This document shows positions 25,327-33,622 of a DNA stretch of 50,417 nt, one piece after another. The stretch covers positions 1 through 50,417 of the forward strand of contig JAURWH010000110.1 of the NCBI GenBank assembly GCA_030655055.1, in the 5' to 3' direction. The DNA comes from a bacterium. Lineage in GTDB: Bacteria; Edwardsbacteria; AC1; EtOH8. The notes below the pieces were generated by a model. It saw only the letters and a program-made list of their open reading frames with translations, had not been told where the DNA came from and did not search any database. The position numbers and the translations under genes were made by a program. How positions within the stretch are numbered: the first letter of the stretch is position 1; each line of letters opens with the position of its first letter.

Positions 25327-27324
25327 TCAGGCCAGATGCTTTTTTATCTTCTCCGCCACCTGCTCCGGCGTAAAGCCGAATTCCAGGGCCAGAACCTTGT
25401 CCGGGGCGCTGGCGCCAAAATGTTCGATACCGATGAACAGGCCGTCCTGGCCGATCACCTGCCGCCACAAGGCTCCGCGCCCGGCCTCCAGAGCTATCTT
25501 CAAAGAGTCCTTGGGAATTACAGTATTCCGGTATTCCTCACTTTGCTCTAAAAACAATTCCAGACAGGGCACCGAGACTACCGAGACCTCTAGCCCCTGC
25601 GAAGCCAGCAGTTTGGCGGCTTCCACCGTCAGGCCTGTCTCCGATCCGCTGGCCATCAGGGTTATTTTGCGGCCCTGGCCGTAAACATGGACATTATATG
25701 CGCCCCGCAGGACTTCGCCGGGCTTAAAGTTTTCAGAACGCTCCAGCACCGGCAGCTTCTGCCGGGTCAGTACCAGGGCGGTCGGGCCATCCGTTTTCTG
25801 CAGGGCCAGGGTCCAGGCGGCGGCGGTCTCCAGGGCATCGGCCGGCCGGATCACCTGCAGGTTGGGTATCAGCCTTAAAGTTGAAACATGTTCGATAGGC
25901 TGGTGGGTGGGTCCATCCTCGCCCACATAAAAAGAGTCGTGGGTGAAAATGTAAATTGCCGGCAGTTTCATCAGCGCCGAAAGGCGGACGGCCGGGCGGC
26001 AGTAATCCGAGAACACCAGGAAGGTGGAGCCGAAGGGGATGAAAAATCCGTAAAGCGACATTCCGTTCATCATAGCTCCCATGGCGTGCTCCCGGATCCC
26101 GAAATGGATGTTGCGTCCGCTGAAATCTTCAGCCGAAACATGGGCCGAGCCCTTGATGTCGGAATTGGTGGAGCCGGCCAGATCGGCCGAGCCGCCAATC
26201 AGCGAGGGAACGATCCCGGCGATCTTCTGGATCATCTCACCGGAAAGACTGCGGGTGGCTGCCGGTTCGTCTTTAATGGCGGATGACAAAATGCCGTAAA
26301 TGTCCGCCGGGATCTCTTTTTTCTCCAGCTTGTCCCAAAGGCCGGCCTTTTCAGGGTTCTGCAATCTCCATGCGGCAAGATGCTTCTGCCACTTGTTGTA
26401 TTCCCGTTTACTCCGGGAGATCTTCTTTTGGCACAGCGATCTCACCTCGTCCGGTATGTAAAACGTCTGATCCGGCCAGCCCAGGTTCTTACGGGTGGCG
26501 GCCACCTCGTCCCTGCCCAGCGGCGAGCCGTGGGCCGAGGACAGATCGTGTTTGTTGGGGCTGCCCTGGGCGATGTGTGTCCGGGCCAGGATCAGCGAAG
26601 GTTTATCCGAAACCTTCTGGGCTTTTTTGACGGCCTTGTTAATGGCCTGGTGATCGTGGCCGTCGATGCCCTGGATGTGCCAGCCAAGGGCCTTGAACCT
26701 GGCTCCCACATCCTCGGAAAAGCTGACATCCGTCCGTCCGTCAATGGTGATGCGATTGTCGTCGTAAATATAGATTATGTTCCCAAGTTTTAAGTGCCCG
26801 GCCAGCGAGGCCGCTTCGGAAGAAATGCCTTCCATCAGGTCTCCGTCCGAGACCAGGGCATAAATGTAATGATCCAGTATTTCCTGCTTTTCAAGCCCCA
26901 GCCGGGCGGTAGCCATCTTCTGGGCCAAAGCCATGCCCACGCCGTTGGCAAATCCCTGTCCCAGCGGGCCGGTGGTAACCTCCACTCCCGGGGTGTGCCC
27001 GGCTTCGGGATGGCCCGGGGTCAAGCTTCCCAACTGGCGGAAATTCTTCAGTTCCTCCAATGAGACATCGTATCCGAAAAGATGCAGCAGCCCGTACAGC
27101 AGGGCCGAGCCGTGGCCGGCCGACAGGATGAAGCGGTCCCGTCCCGGCCACTTGGGGTCTTTGGGGTTGAACCGTAAAAAGTCGTGCCACAGCACAAAGG
27201 CAAAATCAGCCGCGCCCATCGGAAGCCCGGGATGGCCGGAATTGGCCTGCTCCACCTCGTCCACCGCCAGCATGCGCAAAGTATCGGCGGCTTTTTGATA
27301 TTGTTGGTTTGTTAATTTACTCAT
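25327..27324 (-). CDS. tkt: Transketolase
   Basis: Start at [37 protein letters not shown] (the track ORF extends to 27405); ThDP motif VSDGDLMEG; full three-domain length. Confidence 0.95.
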   Translation of the reverse strand: MSKLTNQQYQKAADTLRMLAVDEVEQANSGHPGLPMGAADFAFVLWHDFLRFNPKDPKWPGRDRFILSAGHGSALLYGLLHLFGYDVSLEELKNFRQLGSLTPGHPEAGHTPGVEVTTGPLGQGFANGVGMALAQKMATARLGLEKQEILDHYIYALVSDGDLMEGISSEAASLAGHLKLGNIIYIYDDNRITIDGRTDVSFSEDVGARFKALGWHIQGIDGHDHQAINKAVKKAQKVSDKPSLILARTHIAQGSPNKHDLSSAHGSPLGRDEVAATRKNLGWPDQTFYIPDEVRSLCQKKISRSKREYNKWQKHLAAWRLQNPEKAGLWDKLEKKEIPADIYGILSSAIKDEPAATRSLSGEMIQKIAGIVPSLIGGSADLAGSTNSDIKGSAHVSAEDFSGRNIHFGIREHAMGAMMNGMSLYGFFIPFGSTFLVFSDYCRPAVRLSALMKLPAIYIFTHDSFYVGEDGPTHQPIEHVSTLRLIPNLQVIRPADALETAAAWTLALQKTDGPTALVLTRQKLPVLERSENFKPGEVLRGAYNVHVYGQGRKITLMASGSETGLTVEAAKLLASQGLEVSVVSVPCLELFLEQSEEYRNTVIPKDSLKIALEAGRGALWRQVIGQDGLFIGIEHFGASAPDKVLALEFGFTPEQVAEKIKKHLA

Positions 27325-27462
27325 AATATATAAATTTGTTGATGGTGTTTTCTTTCCGGTAATCATATCACTTTTTCCGGTAACTTTGCAAACAAAAAGC
27401 GTCATTAATGAAAAACGTTCAGGAAAGGACGCCCCCTATAAATTTTATGGATACCCACCCCC

Positions 27463-27491
27463 TTGACAAGCATATATATCACTGTTATCAT
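27463..27491 (+). promoter_or_regulatory. Candidate sigma-70-type promoter of the sigma-54 activator gene
   Basis: TTGACA 27463-27468, 17-nt spacer, TATCAT 27486-27491; 35 nt upstream of ATG 27527. Confidence 0.45.
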
Positions 27492-27526
27492 TGGGTAAGA
27501 AAATATAAAAAAAGGATATAAACCCC

Positions 27527-29038
27527 ATGAACGACCAAAAATCCCGCCAGGAGCTGGAATTTTTGCTGTCCTTCAGCAAATCGCTTTCATCCACCCTGGA
27601 TCAAAGCCAGCTGTTGGACATCATCATTGAATCGGCCAAGACGCTGACTGCGGCCGAAGCCAGCTCCCTGCTGCTGCTGGAACAGGCCACCCAGAACCTG
27701 CATTTTGCCCATGCCACCGGCGAGGTCTCGGAGGAGCTGAAAAAACTATCCATCCCCATGGGACAGGGCATCGCCGGGTGGGTGGCCCGGGAGCAAAAGC
27801 CCCAGATAGTGAACCAGACCGAGCAGGATGAACGCTGGTACAAGGGCATCGATGAAAAGACCAAGTTCACCACCAAGTCCCTGTTATGCGTACCGTTGCT
27901 TTCCAATGGCCAGACCATCGGCGTTATAGAGGTGCTGAATAAAAAGGACGGCCAGCAGTTTGACCAGCAGGACCAGGAACTGCTTTTGAAGTTCGCGGAT
28001 CTTGCGGCCCAGGTGCTGGAGAACGCAGACAAATACAGCCGCTTAAAGGATGAGAATGTTCAACTGCGCGATGAGCTGGCCAGCCGCTATACCATCACCG
28101 GGAAAAGCCAGGCGGTGGAAGAGGTGCTGGGCCTAGCCCGCAAGGTGGCTTCCGGAAATACCACAGTGTTGTTGCAGGGCGAGAACGGGACCGGCAAGGA
28201 ACTGCTGGCCCGTTTCATCCATTACCAAAGCCCCCGGGCCGAAAAGGCTTTTGTGGCCGTCAACAGCGCCGCCATCCCGGTGGAACTGCTGGAATCCGAG
28301 TTGTTCGGACACGAGAAGGGCGCCTTTACCGGGGCCAGCTGCCGGCGCAAGGGCCGGTTTGAAATGGCGGCCGGCGGCACCATCTTCCTAGATGAAGTGG
28401 GGGACCTGCCCCAGGCAATTCAGGCCAAGATCCTGAGGGTTTTGCAGGAGAGGGAATTCGAGCGGCTGGGCAGCAGCGAAACCATCAAAGTGGATGTCAG
28501 GATCATCGCCGCCACCAACAAGGACCTGCTGCAACTGGTGAAAGCCGGGTTGTTCCGGGAGGACTTGTATTACCGCTTGAACGTTTTTCAAATATTCCTG
28601 CCGCCCCTGCGCCAAAGGACGGAGGACATCCCGGTCCTGGCCGGGCATTTTCTGGAACGTTTTGGCCGGGAGACCAAAAAACAGGTGCGGGGATTTACAG
28701 AAGAGGCAGCCAAGGCCATGCAGAGTTATTCCTGGCCGGGAAACATCCGCGAACTGCAGAATGCGGTGGAGAGGGCGGTGGTGCTTAGTTCCGGCCAAAC
28801 CATAACCCTGCAGAACCTGCCCCGGCTGGTGGACGATACTTCCACCAGGGATGGCATTCCGCCGACCATGACCTGGGACGGCGCCCAGGATGTATTCAAG
28901 CGGGAATACATGATAAAAGCGCTGGAGTCGAATAATTGGAATCAAAGAAAAACCGCAAAAATATTGGACATTCAGCCATCGTATCTTTCCCGCCTTTTAA
29001 GAGAGCTTAACATTATCCGCCCCCGCAACAGAGAGTGA
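27527..29038 (+). CDS. Sigma-54-dependent transcriptional activator (GAF sensor, AAA+ domain, Fis-type HTH)
   Basis: 503 aa; N-terminal GAF-like region (GIAGWVAREQKP...CVPL...GVIEVLNK); Walker A GENGTGKE; GAFTGA loop (GHEKGAFTGA); Walker B IFLDEVGDL; C-terminal WNQRKTAKILDIQPSYLSRLLRELNI HTH. Confidence 0.92.
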   Translation: MNDQKSRQELEFLLSFSKSLSSTLDQSQLLDIIIESAKTLTAAEASSLLLLEQATQNLHFAHATGEVSEELKKLSIPMGQGIAGWVAREQKPQIVNQTEQDERWYKGIDEKTKFTTKSLLCVPLLSNGQTIGVIEVLNKKDGQQFDQQDQELLLKFADLAAQVLENADKYSRLKDENVQLRDELASRYTITGKSQAVEEVLGLARKVASGNTTVLLQGENGTGKELLARFIHYQSPRAEKAFVAVNSAAIPVELLESELFGHEKGAFTGASCRRKGRFEMAAGGTIFLDEVGDLPQAIQAKILRVLQEREFERLGSSETIKVDVRIIAATNKDLLQLVKAGLFREDLYYRLNVFQIFLPPLRQRTEDIPVLAGHFLERFGRETKKQVRGFTEEAAKAMQSYSWPGNIRELQNAVERAVVLSSGQTITLQNLPRLVDDTSTRDGIPPTMTWDGAQDVFKREYMIKALESNNWNQRKTAKILDIQPSYLSRLLRELNIIRPRNRE

Positions 29039-29081
29039 GTTATTGGTGTCATTCCCGAGGCTGTTTCTTCAGAATATCTAT

Positions 29082-29116
29082 AAAAAGGGCCTTAACAAAG
29101 GGTAAGGCCCTTTTTA
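29082..29116 (+). terminator. Rho-independent terminator after the activator gene
   Basis: AAAAAGGGCCTTA / TAAGGCCCTTTTT perfect arms (29082-29094 / 29103-29115) with an 8-nt loop; T-run follows. Confidence 0.7.
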
Positions 29117-29465
29117 TGTGCAAATACCAGTTAACCTATGTAAAATTTACATCTTATTGTAACTATTTGATACATATGGCATTGATAACTGAGAAATGAA
29201 AAAGTTACACTTTGTGAATTTATAAATATACAACAATTAGAAGTATAACTTGTTGAAGCAATAGGCATATATAAACCAAAATGTAAATAAAATAAAACAG
29301 GTATGGGAAATGCATTATAAATACAGATTGGACAAATATTACTAAAAATAGACAGTATATTTTTTTATTGACATTATATAAAAATAGAACTAATTTGTTT
29401 ATTGCTGAAATTTGACAATCAACGCAAGTTGTTTTATATCAATATGATATAAAATAGTAACAAGT

Positions 29466-29481
29466 TGGCATAGTTTTTGCA
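29466..29481 (+). promoter_or_regulatory. Sigma-54 (-24/-12) promoter
   Basis: TGGCAT-AGTTT-TTGCA matches TGGCAC-N5-TTGCW at 15 of 16 defined/spacing positions, with GG and GC exactly 12 nt apart; 39 nt upstream of ATG 29520; directly downstream of a sigma-54 activator gene. Confidence 0.7.
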
Positions 29482-29519
29482 ATATATAGTTCTTAAATGG
29501 TTCTTAATAAGAGATAACT

Positions 29520-29900
29520 ATGCATTGTGATAATGAAAATAAAGATATAGGGTCTTTCATCAAAAGATCAATTCACAGTTTTACTGCGCTGGACATTGTT
29601 TTGCATTATGCCAGACAACCAAACGCGCAGGAAACCCCCAAAAGCATTTCCAAGCTTTTGGGAAAAAGTCATGATGAAATCAGCTGTTGTTTGGAACAAT
29701 TCGTCGAGGCCAAAGTCCTGCAGCGGGTGAAAAAGAAAGGCGAGCACTGGTACCTTCCCTCCTCCGACATAAATAAATCCGAGATACTAAAATTGCTTAA
29801 ACAGTGTTTGGACGACAAAGATAAAAGAATAAAAATGCTCTCGATGGCCTTAGCATCCATTAGGGAAAAAACCCCCGGTAAAAGGAGAAAAACCTCATGA
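29520..29900 (+). CDS. Small hypothetical protein, winged-helix-like
   Basis: 126 aa; AT-rich gene; FTALDIVLHYARQPNAQETPKSISKLLGKSHDEISCCLEQFVEAKVLQRVKKKGEHWY resembles a MarR/ArsR-type wHTH; ATGA overlap with the next gene. Confidence 0.45.
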   Translation: MHCDNENKDIGSFIKRSIHSFTALDIVLHYARQPNAQETPKSISKLLGKSHDEISCCLEQFVEAKVLQRVKKKGEHWYLPSSDINKSEILKLLKQCLDDKDKRIKMLSMALASIREKTPGKRRKTS

Positions 29901-32900
29901 AAAAAATAGTTGGTCTATTTTTTGCGTTAATGGCACTGGCTTCTTCAGCCATGGCTGCCTCGGACACAGTCAAAATATTTTTGTGGGACAACGATGCCGG
30001 TGAGACGGCCCAAAAATCCCCGGCCGCAGTGATGGACGAGAACTACGGTTCCCGCTATGTATGGGCCGACAGCCGGGACGGTAATTTCAACATCTACGGA
30101 CGGATCTGGGAACGGAAACCGGAAGCGGCTACAGACGCTTTTCTAGTCAACCGGATCCGGGTGGATGAGCACCTTCAGGACCAGCCCGATGTGGCCGGGA
30201 CCACGGGGGATTTCTTCTTCGTGGTCTGGCAGGATTCGCTGCTGAAGACCGGTGAACTGTATCAGCCGTATGTCTGCAAGCTGGACAAACTGGGAAAACC
30301 GATGACAGACGAGGTCCGGGTGACCGAGAAGCCGGTGGGCAACGCCAAGTATCCCAAGATCGCCGTCAACAAAAGGACCCAGGATTTCGTGGTGGTCTGG
30401 CAGGACAACCGGGACGGGTCCTGGGACGTCTGGGGGCGCTTGTTCGACAACAAGTGCGAACCGATTTCGCCGGACATCAAGCTCAACGATGACGGACTGA
30501 AGGTTCCCCATGTCCTGCCGGCGGTCAGCTTCACCGATGCCGGAATAGCTGTGGCCTGGCAGGACAACCGGGACGGGACTAGCAAATCCGATATCTTCTA
30601 CCGGTATTTCAAGCCTGACTTCTCTCCGCTCATGGCCGGCAAACGGGTCAACAGCGATGTGGAACGGTTCCACGTTACCCCCTCGGTGGCGGCCTCCGAC
30701 ACCGGGTACTTCACCGTGGTCTGGCTCAGTTTCGAAAACCACCTTTACGGAGACGTCTTCGCCCAGCGCTTCTATCCCGATGGCACCGCTAACCAGGCCA
30801 ACATCAAGGTCAACCTCTCGACGGCCCCGGTGGCCTGCCGGATCCCCACCGTGACCATGGGCATCGATAACGTTTCCTTCTGGACCAGCTGGGCTGATTC
30901 CGCCATTAGCACCGACAAGTACCAGATCCGGGCCAGATACTACGACCGCTATGGACGCTTCAACACCACGGTCAAGACGGTCAACCAAAACCCTGCCAAC
31001 GGCCAGTGGGCCCCGGATGTCTGCCGCTTTGGCAGCTGGTTCTCGGTGGCCTGGCTTGATTCCAGCCGGGCCAACGGCCGCGGGGATGTCTTCGGCCAGT
31101 ATTACGTCCTGAATCAGGATAAGGATGACACCCTGGATGCGGTGGAAGTGAATTATAATGTCACCGCCGACAAGGCCGCCGGCCGCACTATCTGGTACCA
31201 CCCCAAGAAGGATTATGACAACCCCGCCACTTCCGGCTGGAACGAGGACCCCATCGCCGAGCCGGAATCCCTGTATATCCCGCTGGATTCGGCCTATGTG
31301 CTGGCCCTTAAGGAACGGAACATCCCCAACCAGCAGTTCGTCCAGATCACCAATACCAGCGTGCTGGAATACATGTGGCGCGACAAACAGGGAAAGCTGA
31401 ACAGCAGCGCCGAGTACAACCTGTGCCTGCTGGACCTGGGTTATGCCGAGGACGGCTCCAGCGCCGGCACCATCGAGGACGAGCAGATAGACACGCTGAT
31501 AGCCTTCGCCAACACCGCCGACAAATGCCTGCTGGCGGCCGGCAACGATTTTGGCGAGATGTATTATACGGACTCCCTGTTCGACTTCTTCGGCTCCAAA
31601 TACGTGGGGCCGGGGAACCCCGCCGAGACCGGCAACATCCAGAAGATCAACGGCATCGCCGGGACCTTCACCGAGGGGATGTATTTCAACTACCCCTTCC
31701 AGCAGGCACCGGACAATTCCGTCGACATCATCGAACCCTACGCAACAGGCAGCCAGTTATTAATGCAAAGCGATGGAAGCAAGTTAACCTGGGGCCGGGC
31801 CACCTCCTACTCCGATTATTACAAAGGGGCCAAAGCCTCCAATCATAACAATGTCTATCTGACCTTCTCCATTGGCTCACTGACCAACGGGGTGTTTCCC
31901 AGCACCGCCTCGGAACTGACCCGCCGGATCCTGGCCTACCAGGGCTTCAACGTGGAACCGGAGCCGATAGTGGACCTGGTGGATTCGGTCTACACCGGCG
32001 CCACAGAAGGCTCGATCGAACTTTCCTGGATGGCGGTCAGCGATGACAATGTCGCTGAAAAAGCCACCAAGTATTGGTTGAAATATACCAAATACAATTC
32101 CACAGCCTCCGATCTGGGAAAGATGAGTTCTGAGGTAGATTTTATCGATACCGGTATGACCTATTATCAAGCCTGGACACCAGCGGCCGCAGATGTCCGT
32201 GAGAAAAAAATTGTATATGGGTTTGCTCCGGCTGACACAGTGATCTTTTCCCTTAAGGCCGGTGATGAATCTTCGCCAGTCCGGTGGGGTACCTTGGGCA
32301 ACGAACCAAGGATAGTGGTCTATGGCGACACGGTTACACCGCATGCTGTCCGGCTGGGGTATGGCACAAGCCCAAATTTTAATGGATGTGTCAATGACTT
32401 CTGCAAGAGCGAACGGATGGGCACCCGGCTCAGTGATACACTGTTCACTACCTGGGATGCCTCCAATCTGTACCTGGGCTACGGCGGCTGTGACTGGCGG
32501 ACAGCCGGTGACATGTTCATCTATTTCGACACCAGAACCGGAGGTGCAGATTCCACCTGTACATACAATACAGGGGATTCATGTTCCGGTTTCGATCCCG
32601 CTTTCCGGCCGGATTTCTGTCTGATAATTGAGAACGGGACCACCGCGGTCCTGAAAAAGGCCACCGGCAGCAAGACCTGGGTGGACTCAATAGCCTCCTA
32701 CAGCACCAGCTATCTGTCGCTGGACAGCATCAACAAGTACAATTATTTGGAAGTCCAGGTCCCGTTTGCCTATTTAAAATACACGGTCGGAAATGTCTTT
32801 AAATACCTGGTGCTCTGCAACAATGAAACCACCGAGCATTCCTGGAATGCCTTCCCCATCACCAACAACATCGGCAAGGATGCCAAGGCTCCAGTAGCCA

Positions 32901-33556
32901 AGTATCCCTATTTCTATCAGATCAACAGCCTTACTTCCGGGTTGTCACCCAGGACAGCAGCCCAGGCTTTGGCCGTAGAACTTTCCGAGTTTGCCTGCCA
33001 GGGCGGGAGCGAGGGGATAACTTTGACCTGGCAAACCGCCAGCGAGAATAACAATTATGAATGGCTGATAGAACGATCAACCAGTCCGGAAGAAGACTTT
33101 CAGAATGTAACTACCATCAAAGCCGAGGAAGGCTCACCGACCGGCCGCCAGTACAGCTACACCGACGCGGCGGTATTGCCCAATACCACTTACTATTATC
33201 GCCTGGGGGACAAGGATCTGAGCGGGCAGGTGACCTGGCACGGGCCGGTGATGGCGGTAAGCGGCGGCCTGGTCTACGACAAACTGCAGTTGATGCCCTG
33301 CCACCCCAACCCGTCTTCGGGGGCGGTTGCCATAAAGTATGCCCTGCACAAATCAGGAACGGTGGCGTTAAATATTTACGATATCTGTGGGCGGAGGGTG
33401 AATACTTTAGACCAGGGTCAAAAACAAAGTGGAGCTTACAGCCTGACCTGGAAGGGCGACGACAGCCAGGGAAGGATGCTGCCGGCCGGAGTGTACTTTT
33501 ACCAGCTTAATTTTAACGGAGCCAGCCTTACCCAAAGAATGGTATTGTTGAGATAA
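29897..33556 (+). CDS. Large secreted protein: seven-repeat propeller-like N-terminal region, Fn3-like and CBM9/DOMON-like middle, T9SS type-A (Por_Secre_tail/FlgD-Ig-like) C-terminal sorting domain
   Basis: 1219 aa; signal peptide MKKIVGLFFALMALASSAMA; seven copies of a [VA]W.D.R.G..D[IV][FYW]G motif; C-terminal HPNPSSGAVAIKYALHKSGTVALNIYDICGRRVNTL...LTWKGDDSQGRMLPAGVYFYQL is the T9SS CTD pattern. Confidence 0.8.
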   Translation: MKKIVGLFFALMALASSAMAASDTVKIFLWDNDAGETAQKSPAAVMDENYGSRYVWADSRDGNFNIYGRIWERKPEAATDAFLVNRIRVDEHLQDQPDVAGTTGDFFFVVWQDSLLKTGELYQPYVCKLDKLGKPMTDEVRVTEKPVGNAKYPKIAVNKRTQDFVVVWQDNRDGSWDVWGRLFDNKCEPISPDIKLNDDGLKVPHVLPAVSFTDAGIAVAWQDNRDGTSKSDIFYRYFKPDFSPLMAGKRVNSDVERFHVTPSVAASDTGYFTVVWLSFENHLYGDVFAQRFYPDGTANQANIKVNLSTAPVACRIPTVTMGIDNVSFWTSWADSAISTDKYQIRARYYDRYGRFNTTVKTVNQNPANGQWAPDVCRFGSWFSVAWLDSSRANGRGDVFGQYYVLNQDKDDTLDAVEVNYNVTADKAAGRTIWYHPKKDYDNPATSGWNEDPIAEPESLYIPLDSAYVLALKERNIPNQQFVQITNTSVLEYMWRDKQGKLNSSAEYNLCLLDLGYAEDGSSAGTIEDEQIDTLIAFANTADKCLLAAGNDFGEMYYTDSLFDFFGSKYVGPGNPAETGNIQKINGIAGTFTEGMYFNYPFQQAPDNSVDIIEPYATGSQLLMQSDGSKLTWGRATSYSDYYKGAKASNHNNVYLTFSIGSLTNGVFPSTASELTRRILAYQGFNVEPEPIVDLVDSVYTGATEGSIELSWMAVSDDNVAEKATKYWLKYTKYNSTASDLGKMSSEVDFIDTGMTYYQAWTPAAADVREKKIVYGFAPADTVIFSLKAGDESSPVRWGTLGNEPRIVVYGDTVTPHAVRLGYGTSPNFNGCVNDFCKSERMGTRLSDTLFTTWDASNLYLGYGGCDWRTAGDMFIYFDTRTGGADSTCTYNTGDSCSGFDPAFRPDFCLIIENGTTAVLKKATGSKTWVDSIASYSTSYLSLDSINKYNYLEVQVPFAYLKYTVGNVFKYLVLCNNETTEHSWNAFPITNNIGKDAKAPVAKYPYFYQINSLTSGLSPRTAAQALAVELSEFACQGGSEGITLTWQTASENNNYEWLIERSTSPEEDFQNVTTIKAEEGSPTGRQYSYTDAAVLPNTTYYYRLGDKDLSGQVTWHGPVMAVSGGLVYDKLQLMPCHPNPSSGAVAIKYALHKSGTVALNIYDICGRRVNTLDQGQKQSGAYSLTWKGDDSQGRMLPAGVYFYQLNFNGASLTQRMVLLR

Positions 33557-33572
33557 TAGAATTCAGGCAATT

Positions 33573-33605
33573 AAAAAAGGGCGACCAAATGGTCGCCCTT
33601 TTTTA
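33573..33605. terminator. Bidirectional rho-independent terminator between convergent genes
   Basis: AAAAAA-GGGCGACC-AAAT-GGTCGCCC-TTTTTT; perfect 8-bp GC-rich stem (33579-33586 / 33591-33598). Confidence 0.75.
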
Positions 33606-33622
33606 TTCCTTCCGGGAACAAT

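Noticed and set aside
27325-27405. N-terminal extensions of track ORFs: tkt to 27405, lipocalin to 25316, saccharopine DH from 13278, X2 to 21768, PHP to 39567, lpxK from 39586, the NlpC/P60 protein from 10147, and the hypothetical membrane-anchored protein (42040-42471) from 42010
   Set aside because: The conserved N-termini or signal peptides begin at internal Met codons, several of them with GGAGG sites. The extensions run through promoter or intergenic sequence or overlap neighbouring genes.
29197-29226. Tiny ORFs in the AT-rich sigma-54 control region (for example MKKLHFVNL at 29197)
   Set aside because: They are only 5-9 codons, have no RBS, and are expected by chance in AT-rich sequence.
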